From assembly GCF_037042905.1 (NCBI RefSeq), contig NC_087247.1, positions 5,270,001-5,334,000 on the forward strand: DNA of 64,000 nt, in the 5' to 3' direction. Both the position numbers and the translations under genes were made by a program. This document shows, one piece after another, positions 39,931 to 52,600 of this stretch; positions within the stretch are counted from its first letter, which is position 1; every line of letters begins with the position of its first letter. The stretch comes from Lytechinus pictus (Eukaryota). The notes beneath the pieces were generated by a model, which was not told the origin of the DNA, made no database searches, and saw nothing but the letters and a program-made list of their open reading frames with translations.

Positions 39931-41244
39931 TGCTAGATTTGGTTCTGTGTTTATATTTCGATCATAAAGCTTAGAGTCTCTTCTATCGTCAAATGAAAAT
40001 CGAGTTCAATGCATCATTCACTCACATGTTAGAAAAATGAAGAAGAAATATTAGCACAAACAAAACTAAATCTTCTGGCGAACGGTATTTAAATTTCAAA
40101 AAGAGAATTACATGTTGAGAGAGTTCTATATTTCCTCTTTGACATGAATACCCAGTAAAAATGACCAATGAATGAATAATAAAGCTATATGTGGTACGTG
40201 ATTTATTTTTGAACTTCCTCCAGCCAGGGAGTGCCGAAACTCCGACCTTTTTAATAAAAACAATTAAATTTTGGCATATTTACATTATATCATATTGACC
40301 CTTTTTCTTCTCCTTTCTTTCTCCTTCTTTCTCGGTCGTTAAACTTTTTTGGGGGACTATTCCTTCCAGCCCCACGTCAGTATGACAGTGATGGTGGTGG
40401 TGGGGGAGGTAGTTCTTAAGACCTACGGTAAGTTTTAAGTATAATATTAGCTTTATTCCCTACAAACTCCGTAAGCGTTAGATTAATCATTCGAGCGTAA
40501 AGCGTGAGCTGAATTTTTTTGTTTTGAATTTCCAGGAATATTTTCTGATTTCATGGTTATTTTCCTTTCTTACTCTTTTTTTAAATTTCAATTCTCATTT
40601 CTTTTTCATGTTTTCCACTTGATTTACATCATGAATTTTAATAAAGAAAACTAACAAAAATTAAGTGATATTCAAAAGAGTGGTTAAATAATTGGGGCAC
40701 ACCCCATACCCTTGTTGCAGGGAGGGTACATTTAAAAAAGATAATGTCATGTTTAACAAAAAAAAAACATAAAACTGATTTCTCCCTATTTTATCCTTGA
40801 TTTTTTTATGTTTGCATCCATCTGTTTGTAACAGTTTCCAAGAGGAATGGAAATCGCCATCATTATTATTATTATTACTACATGAATTAGGCGTTTAGGA
40901 GACATGAAATAAACGCGTATTTTGTCCGTCTGATGGATTAAATCAACACAAAATACGCCACAATGGCCTAGCCATGGTTCAGCTGTATGACCACTAGGGA
41001 CCATTACTTATAGCCAGGGGTTCTGAATCAAGTTCACGAATAACCTGAATTCATAAATAACAACAGGCAAACACATGAAATAGCTACAAATAATTGTTTA
41101 AATTACACATCATACAGCTGTAGGCCTATATGTAATCTGGCTTTGAATTTCCTTCAGTAGAGTCATGTTGTTCTCGTCAACGCTCGGGCTATATGAGACA
41201 TCTTGGGGAGATATATATGGTATCTCCCTTAAAGCCAGTCAGTA

Positions 41245-41362
41245 TCATATTATCATTATTATTATCATTATTATTATTATTATCATCGTTATTATTATTA
41301 TTATCATTATTAGTATTACTATTATTATTATCATTGTAATTATCATTATTACAATTTATTAT
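41245..41362. repeat. (ATT/ATC)n microsatellite
   Basis: Direct observation. It gives the spurious poly-Ile ORF. Confidence 0.9.
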
Positions 41363-43192
41363 AACTAAAATTATGTTATGATCATACTTGTCTTATGACT
41401 CATCATATTAAAATACCATGTTCTACCTGAAGGAGGGGCATGGGCTGTCCCCCAAATGGAATAATATTTGGGGGATATGTCCCTACCCCTCCCTCCGGAT
41501 TGACACCCATGCTCAGATCCATGTACAAGTTTAAGTTAAATTCACATGGAATCTTGGCAGCAACCCAGCGTTCATATTTTATATTTTAAAAAGGATCATG
41601 GAGTAATGCTTGCTATAAAAATATGTTCGGTGTAAACTAAATCATTTTCATGTACACATACTAAGTTATGGATGAAGGGATAGGCATTTTGATCCATATG
41701 CACTGAGCGCATATGCTTTGCAGTCTCCGAAAATTGTGAAAAGTAATTTATTTAATGCCCCCTTCATAGACTCTAAATCTATGCCAGATTTCTTGCCAAT
41801 CATCAGTATTCTTGATGAGTATAAGCCTGGCAAAACTAAGCATTATGTCATGGCTAGTGAGATCGATGAATTGTAGATGCAAAGATGCAGGGTGGACATT
41901 TAGATGATAGCTTATCCAAGCAAATGCTGTATTTTTACTACCTGTACGTGTGTAACAATGTGTAGAAGGAGCAAGGTGCTTTGTGATTATTTATAGGATT
42001 AAGGTTATCGATTCCAAGTTATTTTTATGTACACGTCATTATTCAGGTAAATTTATGAGAAGGTGAGCAGAGCTCCTAGTGACCACCGACTTTAGGGTAA
42101 TGATGATTTTCCGTTTTTTTTTTAAATAGCGTTTAATACATTGATTCGGCTCTTCTGGGTTGCCGGCAGCTCGGCACACAATGTAAGAACCTTGCCCACT
42201 CCCCGGGTGACATTCCAGCAAACTCAATTGCTTACTACACTGACTTTCTCATTATACCTGGTACCCATTTATGGAGCAAAGTATGGATTGACGCCTTGCC
42301 AAAGGACGCTGTGGTGGGATTCAAACAAGTCGAGACTCACAACCACTACACCACAATATGTGTGTGTATAAATATGATGGGCATATCATACCATATAATA
42401 TCATAAAGGCTATCCATTAGAATTGCACATACATTTTAGTAAAAAGTAAATAGATGATAAATATAACATATCAACGCTGATTAGTGCAACACCTCCGTCT
42501 TTTTACTGACCATTTCTTTGTAATTAAAATATATAGCATTGTTATCGTTTTTAATTAACCGAAAATGACAAAATATATTACGATCCAAAGTGTATTTTTA
42601 GTACAGTATGAATAATTATTGACAAAGCTTTTAAATGCTCATGCTAACTCCACTGAAATGAAGTCTGATATAATCAAGAAAGCCTCGTCTCATTGCTCAA
42701 ACTCTCCTAATCTTGCCACACTCTCATGAACTTTATTTCACTGATATACTAAGCGCGTTAATCGTTTATTAAATCCAAATTCATGTTCAGAGTGAAGTTA
42801 GTATTTTGGCCGAAGTGTGACGATGGGTCAGCCCAAATCCATACATATTATCCTCTCGTCTTTATTACGGATATAGAAAGTGTTCATCTGCTTTTGCAAT
42901 CAAATAATCACTTTAAGATGGTGCTGAAGTGTCTTGAACATTACCTGATCCTTGTAAGATATCATTAAAATGCGATTTAGTTAATCCAAATTAAAATGTC
43001 TTTGGGATCATAGAACGTCTTATGACACGTACATTTTCTTCCTTACAAACGACTGAGAATACGCATTGCCATTTTATTTAGAAGGGCGTTGGCACGTGTT
43101 AAATTTTGTGAATGACCACAATAGGGAAAAGACAAGGGAATAAATGGGTTAACTTTCCAGACGTCCTTTTAAAACATTAAAATACTGACTAG

Positions 43193-43363
43193 TATAAATA
43201 CGGGGACTTCTCTTGACGAAGCCATCAGTCAAACTCTCTCTCCTGAGCTGATCGCAAGCAAGAGACGCAACAGAAAAAAAGCAACTCAACAACTGAATCA
43301 AGAATTGCTGCTTCAGCGGGTTTTAGCAAGGTTGCGCAAAGTCAACTTCTATTTGTTCATAAG
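43193..43363 (+). promoter_or_regulatory. Candidate TATA box, initiator and non-coding exon 1 of gene C
   Basis: TATAAATA at 43193, Inr-like ATCAGT ~30 bp downstream, donor AAG|GTAAGT at 43363/43364, and acceptor atcAG at 44019-44020. Confidence 0.7.
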
Positions 43364-44038
43364 GTAAGTTGAAATCTTCATATTATATTTACTTCTCGTG
43401 ACGCTGTCAGTCAATATTTCCTAAATGTGCGACACATTTCATCATTTGATGAACTAGAGTTTATTGCTCCACGGTACATCAGTGGGGGAAAGCAGCACCT
43501 AAGCAGCAAGAGGGGCTGGGTTTGAAAATGAAAACTGAGCTCGCAAAATCAAGTCACACTCAAGCCGTTGGTCCTTTTATAGCAAATTAACAAAAAAAAA
43601 ATCCTATCCAGATATTCTAGAGCAGTGCTTGCTAGGTTTAACACAAAAACGGGAATGATGAAAAGGAAATTCAACTGGTCCTGGGGAAATGAATAAAACG
43701 TTTTTTTTTCTGCTTAAATGAAGGGGTCAGATAGAATTTAATCAATATTCATTTAACCTATCGTGACTATGATAGTTTTAGGCTTACATCATGATGATGC
43801 ATATAACAATTATACATCTCATTACGGATTATATTTTACAGCAGGTAGAATATCGTTTTATGTCAAACACTAGTAGGGTATTTTTTTTATTACAGGCAAA
43901 GCCAAAACCCTAAGCATATCTCATAGATATCTGTCAACCCCCTCGAAAAAAAATACTTATTAAAAATATTCTTACGAGCGGAATGCTTAATATTCTATTT
44001 TCAATCCTTCTTCTCATCAGGAAAAGAAAAGTAACATC

Positions 44039-47000
44039 ATGAACCGCCTGTGGATGTCGCTGGCTCTTCTTCTCACGCTGTTGGCCCTGTCAAACGCAGC
44101 ACCAGGTAGGGCCTATATAACGCATAATGAGTAAATCAGTCGGGGCCAAATAGAAGGAGTGGGGTTATTTAAAGGACAAGTCCACCGTAACACAAAGTTG
44201 ATTTGAAAAAAGAGAAAAATCCAACAAGCATAACACTGAAAATTTCATTAAAAACGGATGCAACAAATAAGAAGTTTCGCTTAATTTCACAAGATAGTTA
44301 TATGCACATCCTGGTCGTTATGCAAATGAGGGAACCGATGACACCACTCACTCACTATTTCTTTTGTATTTTAGTGTATGAAATATTTAAATTTTCTCCC
44401 CAGAGACTAAATTGTGCATATAACTATTTTGTGAAAAATAAGCGAGATTTAACAATGTCATAACTATCTCATTTTACATCCGATTTTGATGAAATTTTCA
44501 GTAATATGCTTGTCTGATTTTCTTTATTGATTCAAGTAATTTTTCTGGAGGTGGATTTGACCTTTAAGAGGGTGTTGTCTCAACAATGATGCACATTTTT
44601 ACTGTAGTAAACATTGAACTGGCACTGCATGATGGACAATAACTTTCCGTATTAGTCTGAGGAAAATGTGATAAAAAGTTCGGATCCACTATGTAGATGA
44701 CGCAGGTTTTATAATTTTTCTTCCACAAACTGACCTTCGGGCTGTTGATAATGTTGACTGATATTATTTAGAAGTAAGGTAGTAATGGCTGTTTGTTCAG
44801 CTTATGAAATTCAAACAAGTTGAAATCCCAGTACCATTAAGATTATAGTTCATTATTATGTACAAATACATTGCAACAAGATAAGTGAAATCCGAATTAG
44901 AATCTTATTCGCAAATAATGGCATAAAACAATTTATTTCCCGCTTCTCTTTTAAATCAGCGGAAAGAATTCGAAGAAGTAGCAGCAGTAGCAGCAGCAGC
45001 GAGGACTGTGACGGGTGCGATTGTGATGGGGATTGTGATGGCGATGGTGGTGGAGACTGTGGCGGTGATTGCGGGGGAGATGGTGATGGCGGTGATGGTG
45101 ATTGTGGCGGAGACTGTGGGGGCGATGGGGGTGACGGTGGGGGTGATGGTGGAGATGGTGGTAGTGGTGGTGGCGATGGCGATGGCGATGGGGATTGCGG
45201 CGATGGTGGCTGTAATGGTGATGGTGGTGACGGTGATTGTGGTGGTGACGGCGGTGATTGTGGTGGGGATGGTGATGGGGGTGGGGATGGGGATGGTGGC
45301 TGCGATGGCGGTGACTGTGATGGTGGTGATGGTGATGGCAGTGGTGGTAATGGTGGCTGTGATGGTGGCGACTGTGATGGCGGAGGATGTGATGGAGGAG
45401 GATGTGACAGCAGTGATAGTGACAGCGATAGTGACAGTGGAAGTGACAGCTGCGACAGTAGCTCTGAAGGGTGCGACAGTTCAGACTCCGATTCCGACTC
45501 TGATTCCGACTCTGATTCTGATTCCGGCTCGGACAGCAGCGAGGAAGGAGGATGCGGTGGTGGTGGAGATGGTGGTGGAAATGGTGGCGGCGGAGATGGT
45601 GGTGGAAATGGTGGCGGAGGTGACTGTGGTGGTACCAATGCGATATCCGTCGCAGCTCCAGACGTACAGGTAGTGGAAGTGGAAAAACCAGTGTATATCC
45701 CAGTACCGGTTCCTGGTGGTGATGACGGCGACGATGATGGAGGAGATGATGACGGAGGTGATGATGGCGGTGATGACGGTGGTGATGATGGAGGAGATAA
45801 TGGCGGTGATGACGGTGGTGATGATGGTGGCGATTATGGTGGTGATGACTATGGAGGGGATGACGATGGTGGTGATGATGGTGGTGACTACTACGGTGGA
45901 GATGATGGTGGAGACGATGGTGGAGATGATGTTGGTGGAGATGATGATGGTGGAGATGATGTTGGTGGAGATGATGATGGTGGAGATGATGATAATGGCG
46001 GTGATGACGATGGTGATGGAGGTGATTGTATTGCATTGGGAGGTGGTCCTGGATGTGGCGCAATGCAAGCTGGTGATCTTAACTCCCCAGGTAAGAAAAT
46101 AAGTCTCTGAATGTGATCGTAAATGATTTTCTCATGACTAAATATTAATATCTCATTAGGTCTAAATAGAAAATGCATGATATTTCATTAAACAATTAAT
46201 CTTAAACTGTATTGATAAAGGATCATATTTTATTATTGACATCATTTCCTGATCTAAAATTGCAAATGCATAATGAGGCACACAATTTGTATCAGATAAA
46301 TCAGGTTTATGTAGTATGAACTCCACTGATCGTTTTCGTATCGTATCACATATTAAATATAATTTCCTCCACAATGTCATGCCTATTCCACGGGACCGTG
46401 ACATGACAAACTTTTATTCTCAATCATATACATGTATACTAAAAAGACAACCGCTATTTCAATATCTGATCGACTTATTGTGGTTCGGATCTGTACATTG
46501 ATATAAATTAACCTTTTCCTATAGATGCTGTCATGAGCTCACCCTGTTCTGAATGTCCTCTCTTCATCTCCCGTACTGATGCCGTTTGCGGATCAGATGG
46601 AGTCACATACGATAACCTATGCGAATTACGCCATGCTGCATGCCAACTAGGAGACAAATCAATTCGAGTCGCCAGTGAAGGCATTTGTGCAGGTACGAAC
46701 TAAGCAAGGCTTGTTGCGCAGTCACATTTCGCCTACGGTGGCCGTCCGGTGAGTCAAAACAGCCGTTTTTTAATTTTTGGAACAGGTTCCTGAAATCCGT
46801 AAAATGGCTGTTTTTCGACTCCCCGTGTGGACATCGTAATGGAAAAGTGACTGCAGCATTAGTACCGCGGGTAAAAGGAAAATTCTGACCTTGAAATAAT
46901 CAAAATGGTCTAATATTGACTGACATCTATTCAGAGATCGATGATTCTACACGGCTGAGAGGGCTTTTCAAACTGCGACGTGGCGCCACCGTGACAACCC

Positions 47001-47654
47001 TCAAAACTGAATAGGCTTATTGAAGTCAGTGAGAACAAAATCCCCGGTTATTATTAAACAACATTGTAATTTCTCATTCCAGTTCATATAGGAGTATCCA
47101 AAGCGATAGAGCTCTTACTGATGAAAATTAATATTGCCATATTCAATTGATTTGGATTCAATTATATCAAAATCAAATTTAAATCTAAATGAAAGATCTG
47201 TTACCTAATAAGGTTCACATTCAAGCCCGATTAGGGTAATGATGTACTTGCGATGTTTTTTTTTGTGGTCATTTTGGGCTGGTTGCCGATCGGACACCTT
47301 TGGTCATCGTACGATATCCTATCCAGCCTTGACACATCGTTTAAGTATCGTCCGATGTCCAACCGTGAATTAATTATCTAGCATTGGAGGTAAAGTCATT
47401 GAGAACAGATATCGGCCGATTATCGGCCGATGTCTGTCTAGACATTGGCACTAACCGACAGATGTCCGACAGGTATACATCGATGTATGGTCAATGCGAT
47501 TGACACCGACCGGAAATGGTTGGTAATCACGTATGCACCGGGGGCACTATAAAAAAAACTTTATATTGCAATCTTAGATTAAGTAGATGATTGCTAATTA
47601 ATGTACAATTCTCTTTTTTTTTCAGCGAGTCTTGTTCAAGCTGTTGCTCCTTAA
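44039..47654 (+). CDS. Gene C: secreted Gly/Asp/Cys- and Ser-Asp-rich acidic protein with C-terminal Kazal domain (~464 aa); join(44039..44105,44960..46090,46525..46692,47626..47654)
   Basis: Signal peptide MNRLWMSLALLLTLLALSNAAP. The 1131-nt exon reads AERIRR-S8-EDCDGCDC...(GGDC)n...DSDSDSDS...VEVEKPVYIPVPVP(GGDD)n. The Kazal exon reads CSECPLFISRTDAVCGSDGVTYDNLCELRHAACQLGDKSIRVASEGIC. Terminal exon ASLVQAVAP*. All junctions are phase 1. The last exon is the least certain. Confidence 0.88.
44173..44563. mobile_element. TTAA-flanked Kolobok-like element in gene C intron
   Basis: TTAA-aggacaagtccacc...ggtggatttgacct-TTAA. Confidence 0.8.
46718..46856. mobile_element. Small foldback MITE
   Basis: gcagtcacatttc...aaaacagcc / ggctgttttt...gaaaagtgactgc. 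Confidence 0.6.
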
Positions 47655-49665
47655 GACAATAAACTCTGATGAACATGATGTTTTGTGATGGACGATCCAA
47701 TCTGAGGACACAAAACTGAAGTAACTAGAAACTCCTTAAAGTTGGATCCCGATCTCTAATGTTGGCGTGAAAACTTGGGCTGATGACGTTGAAGAAAACC
47801 GAAGCTGTGTATTACTTAATCTTTAGTATTTAATCATGCTTTATTGTTATTTATGGTAAACTATACCTCCTTTGTGTATATCATCTAATATCATATCGTA
47901 TTGTATTCTAATTTTATTTCATTTATGCAAATTCTGATACCTTTGAGTGTCGAGAGTACTTTTCAACTATCACGTCTTGTGATGCGATACTTAATTTACA
48001 AATACATTGCATAATATTTGCTGTTTTATAAGTGTTCGTCTATGTGACATTTTATGTGAAATACATGTGCAATAATAAAAATACATGTACTTATAACTAA
48101 CCTATCTTGTTGTCCCGCTACTTTTCTGTTGCCTGTGCAGGTTTGTGACATAGAACGACGTTTAACATAAACATGTGTGATAGCTCCGGAGCGAGAACAA
48201 GAAATGACGAGAGAGTATTAAAGGGGGCGGGGTGCGTAATGCGAAATTAAACCAAAAAAAAAAAGAAAAGCGAAATATAGAGAGAGAGGGGGGAAGGACA
48301 GAAAGAGAAAGAGAGCAAGGGGGAAGAGAGAAGCAGGTATTTAAAATATTCTGTCATCCTTGGACCATCATCATAATCATCACAATCACTACTGCCACCA
48401 CTATTACTACCACCATCAACAGAACCTCCACCAACATGATCACCAACATCATCATTGAAGTGAAGTTGCTTTGATTATTCGGAGTTTAGATGAGCTTTAA
48501 GAAAAATGCAAGCGAGTGAAATTAGTGCCAAAAATCGAAATTTGTCAATGAAAATAAATTATAAATTGAATTTGTGAAATTTATCCACGTCTACGAGAGC
48601 AAAAACAGTTTATGAAAATCATGATTATGTATTGTTTTGGCAAAGATATTTCGAATGAATATACTGACTCGCATTCTTCGACAATTTAGGCAGGCCATCA
48701 TAATTATTGTTTAAACAGTACCTCCGAAAAAGATAAATAGTAAAACAATTTTGTTGATACGTTCACTCACACTCTTTATCAAGTAATGTATGCAGCTTAT
48801 TAAAATTCATTCTCCTCTCCCCTCTCTCTCTCTTTCTAAAGAAAAATACATATCAAACTCAATCTGGATTTTTTTAAAATCAAATTTATTTTGAGTTGAC
48901 TTTTTCGAAATAAAAAAATAATAATCAAATAAAGAAATATTCAAGTATTCCTGATTGGCAGAAAAATAGTATAAATAATAATTTTTTGAAGAAACAAAAC
49001 CCTCCATAAATGTTTGTACCTATTGTTCAGTACTCCATCAACAATAATAATGCCACTATATAATTGTAACTAACAAGAACTCCACTGAGGATTTGGCAAG
49101 TAATTGATGACATCACCGCATCCATAAATTTGTAAGCTTCCAAAGTTCATTGTAGCACTACAAACACCATTAATGATTATGAACTTTATATTACCAAACA
49201 TAGATTTACCATCATAATACTTTACATTGTCTCTGAAAGAAATGTATATAAACATAATATTGCATAAAAACCATTAGATCTTATACTTCCAAGCAAACAT
49301 TGAGATATAACTATGACAAGATGATAATTTATAGCTATGCATTATGCTCTCAACAATAATAATAATAACAAACAAAATGCAATAGCATATCTCTTTGCGT
49401 GATAGAGGATCAATTTTGAACTTTATCTTTTACCTTGAAATAAAATTATAAAAAATAAATAAGTGAAATGTTAAATAGGGTAATAAATAACATAAGTTAG
49501 GGTTTCTTTTTTTCTTGCCAACAATACACCTAAAAACAAGCATGATGAAATAGCCATTCTCCAATGCACGTATTGAGCATAATGCGATGGTGTTTGAAGA
49601 CACAGAGCAAGGCGTCCGTCGTAACAACGCTACCAATCATCAAACGAACTTCAAGTACGGTTACG

Positions 49666-52600
49666 TTACTGAAACTGATTAGCCAGGTTGATTGTCTTTG
49701 GCGATACTGTTAGGGGGAAACAAAAGAAAACAAGGGAGGAAAATTATATTTCATTAAATTATCTACGAAGTTTAGATCATTGGTATTCATTTTACAGTGA
49801 GTACGTTGTAAGTTCAATGTTCCTATAGTGAATATTAAAAAAAACAACAATTATCACGATAAAAAATGACCTAACTAACTTTGCTTTTGAGGCAAGGGTG
49901 AGGATTTAAAAAAAAGAAAAAAGAAGCTTACTGCGGTTACGACTACAGATGGCGCTGTTAAAACATTGGTTGGCACAAAATATGATCACAAATTCGTTGA
50001 ATATAATCCGCACGGAGAGGATCACCCAGTATCTGTCATCGGTTAATCGTCCGTGGGTGTGAATCCCGATAGCATCGACTCATAAATACAAACTTCCTCG
50101 AAAATAATCCCTGAAAATTCTCAAATGACATCCCACTAGAGCGGACGAAAGAGGTGAAATAGATTTGATATGGAGAGGCAAATTAAGGGTACAATTTGAG
50201 GCCGCTTTCAGCTGCCGTTCATTAAATATAAATGTATTTTACTTGATCCTACAACTATGTAGTTTGACTTAGCTCTGAAAAAATTCCCTCCACATTAGAC
50301 GAAAATTTAGAAAGCCTATAAAAATTAATAAGAACAATTTATAAGAAAAGAAATAAAAAGAAACACAGACATGACATATCGGTATGCAACAAATCCCTTC
50401 CACTGAGAACATCCTTCCTTGAACCTCCCCCCCTAAAAAAAAAAACAGTACCCACAGTGCGTGCCACAGTGTATTCATAATTTAGAACACAATGTGAAAT
50501 CTTCTTTACACTATTAATTTGATCATTTAAATAGTATGAAGCACATATTGACATAGTTGATCATGTGAACACGCTGTGATAAGTCTCACTGTCGAGGTGT
50601 CCACAGTGTGAACATATCTTCACTCTGTTGAAATTGAGCACTTCAACAGTGTGAATAATATTTTCATATAGCCAGCTATGTAAACACAGTGATCACACTT
50701 GTTTTGTTTTCTAGTAGGAATAGCTTTGATGTATGTATAGATTTTGATTTTTAACGATTAATCTATTTATATTTTTTTTTTTGGTTTAATTGCCAACTGT
50801 GTGCCAAAAACATAATTTTTTTTTTATTCACAGATAACATGACAATAAATACAAATATGAACCTATTTATTATACTGTAGGACTTGGTATAAAACTCCTA
50901 TGATATTTTCACATCAGTTGCATATCATTGTCCTGAATTTCCCCAAAACTTACAATTGCAACTGCCCATCTTTGCTCGCTTAAGACTTGGGTCATTCGTT
51001 CTGCATGCAGCCAACTTAAGGTGACATAGGCTTTTGTAGGTTCGATTGTTTGTGCCGCACACACGCTGCGCTCGAGGGGTGTGGAATGGGCAATCGGCGC
51101 AGATGGGACTCGCTAATCTGCCAGTGCCTGCTGGAGAGTACCAGAAAAAAGGGCAATTCCATGAAATATTTTGTATGTCCGATTTTTTTTTCATTTTTAC
51201 TTGAAATTCAAGAACTGCTCATACTATGATTATTCGAGAGCATTACAAATATCAAATGAAAAAAAAGAAGAAAAGTACATGTCAAAAAAGACCCATAGAT
51301 AGTTGGACCTACTCACTAGTACTTTATCGAATTGCCCAAGAAATGTTGTTGTTTTGTTGTCGTTTCACGAGCGCTCTACTTTTAAACCAATTCGATCATG
51401 ACAATTTTTACAAGATGGGAGTGATAGCTAAACGAAGTTATTACTACGACCGGATGACGTCATTTTCTGAACGTATCAAGCTGTCCAAAATTTGAAGCGC
51501 CTCCTTCAAGATATCTTGGTCGTAGGTACGATCTAGAATATCGACCTTTTTCGTTCTACTTCCGTTGTACTTAAAACATATATAGCTTTTATGAATATTT
51601 ACCATTTCCGGGCGGTGCATTCCGTTGTTCCTTTGGACAGTCATTTCCACTGCAGTCCTCCTCGTTATCTTTGTCTTCTTCGTCTCCGTTGTCTTCCTCA
51701 TCGCCATTGTCCTCCTCGTCTTTCTTATCCCCATCTTCCTTGTCCTCCTCGTCATTGTCTGCATCTTCCTCCTCGTCTGCGTTGTCTTTGTCTTCCTCGT
51801 CCGCATCATTGTCCTTGTCTTCTTCATCCTTGTCTTCTTTGTCTTTATCTTCTTCATCTTTATCTTCTTCATCTTGATCTTCTTCATCATTGTCCTCTTC
51901 ATCCTCCTGATCCTCCTCATCTTCTTCGTCCACCGCTGAGGACGCATCGTGGGGACCTGGAGCATGAGGAGCGAAAGGGGCAGCGGGGGCGTAAGGAACA
52001 CCCGGGACAGGAGCGTGCGGGGCGTATGGTGCATGGGGTGCAAGAGGTGCGTTAGGAAAACCGGGTGCAGGAGCAGCAGCTCCTAGAACTCCAGCACCTG
52101 ATGGGGCAGCAAAGCCACAGCCGTCTTCGTCGCTGCTGTCAGATCCACCACAGCCGGAATCGGAGTCGCCAGTGGGAGCATAACCTACAGGAGCATAGGC
52201 ACCGGGTGCTGCTGGAGCATATCCGACAGGTGCGGCAGGAGCATATCCACCAGGGGCAGCTGGAGCATAACCGACTGGAGCTGCTGGAGCGTAACCTGCG
52301 TGACCACCGATGCCAGCCTCTAGTCCTGAATAATGAAAGTTAAAAGAAAGAGCATTGCTATTTTCTGCTTATATTGTTGGGTTTGGGAATGTGTTTTAGT
52401 GTGAAGGTGTACTAGGCTTATATACGTTCGTATGTGACAAACTCATGAGCACTAACCACAAAAATGTAAGAGTATGTGGATGTGTGTGTATGTGGGAGGC
52501 CTACAAAACGTTGAGTTTCATGACTGTGAATAAAACATGAGTGGGTGATACAACAAAGACAAATTGTTAATAATAGTTTAGAAAACATGAAATATCAAAA

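Noticed and set aside
29914-44563. Same Kolobok-like family in the intron after the signal exon of both gene B and gene C as evidence of shared ancestry
   Set aside because: Insertion positions and flanks differ and related repeats occur elsewhere in the window, so independent insertions are more likely.
44856-46178. Poly-His, poly-Pro/Ser, Met/Val-rich and Ile/Thr-rich ORFs
   Set aside because: Alternative-frame readings of the GGT/GAT-rich exon of gene C, with no splice or start support.
47082-47150. Possible alternative last exon of gene C (VHIGVSKAIELLLMKINIAIFN*)
   Set aside because: An in-phase acceptor exists, but 47626 has a much stronger pyrimidine tract and a downstream 3' UTR-like region. 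It cannot be settled without cDNA.
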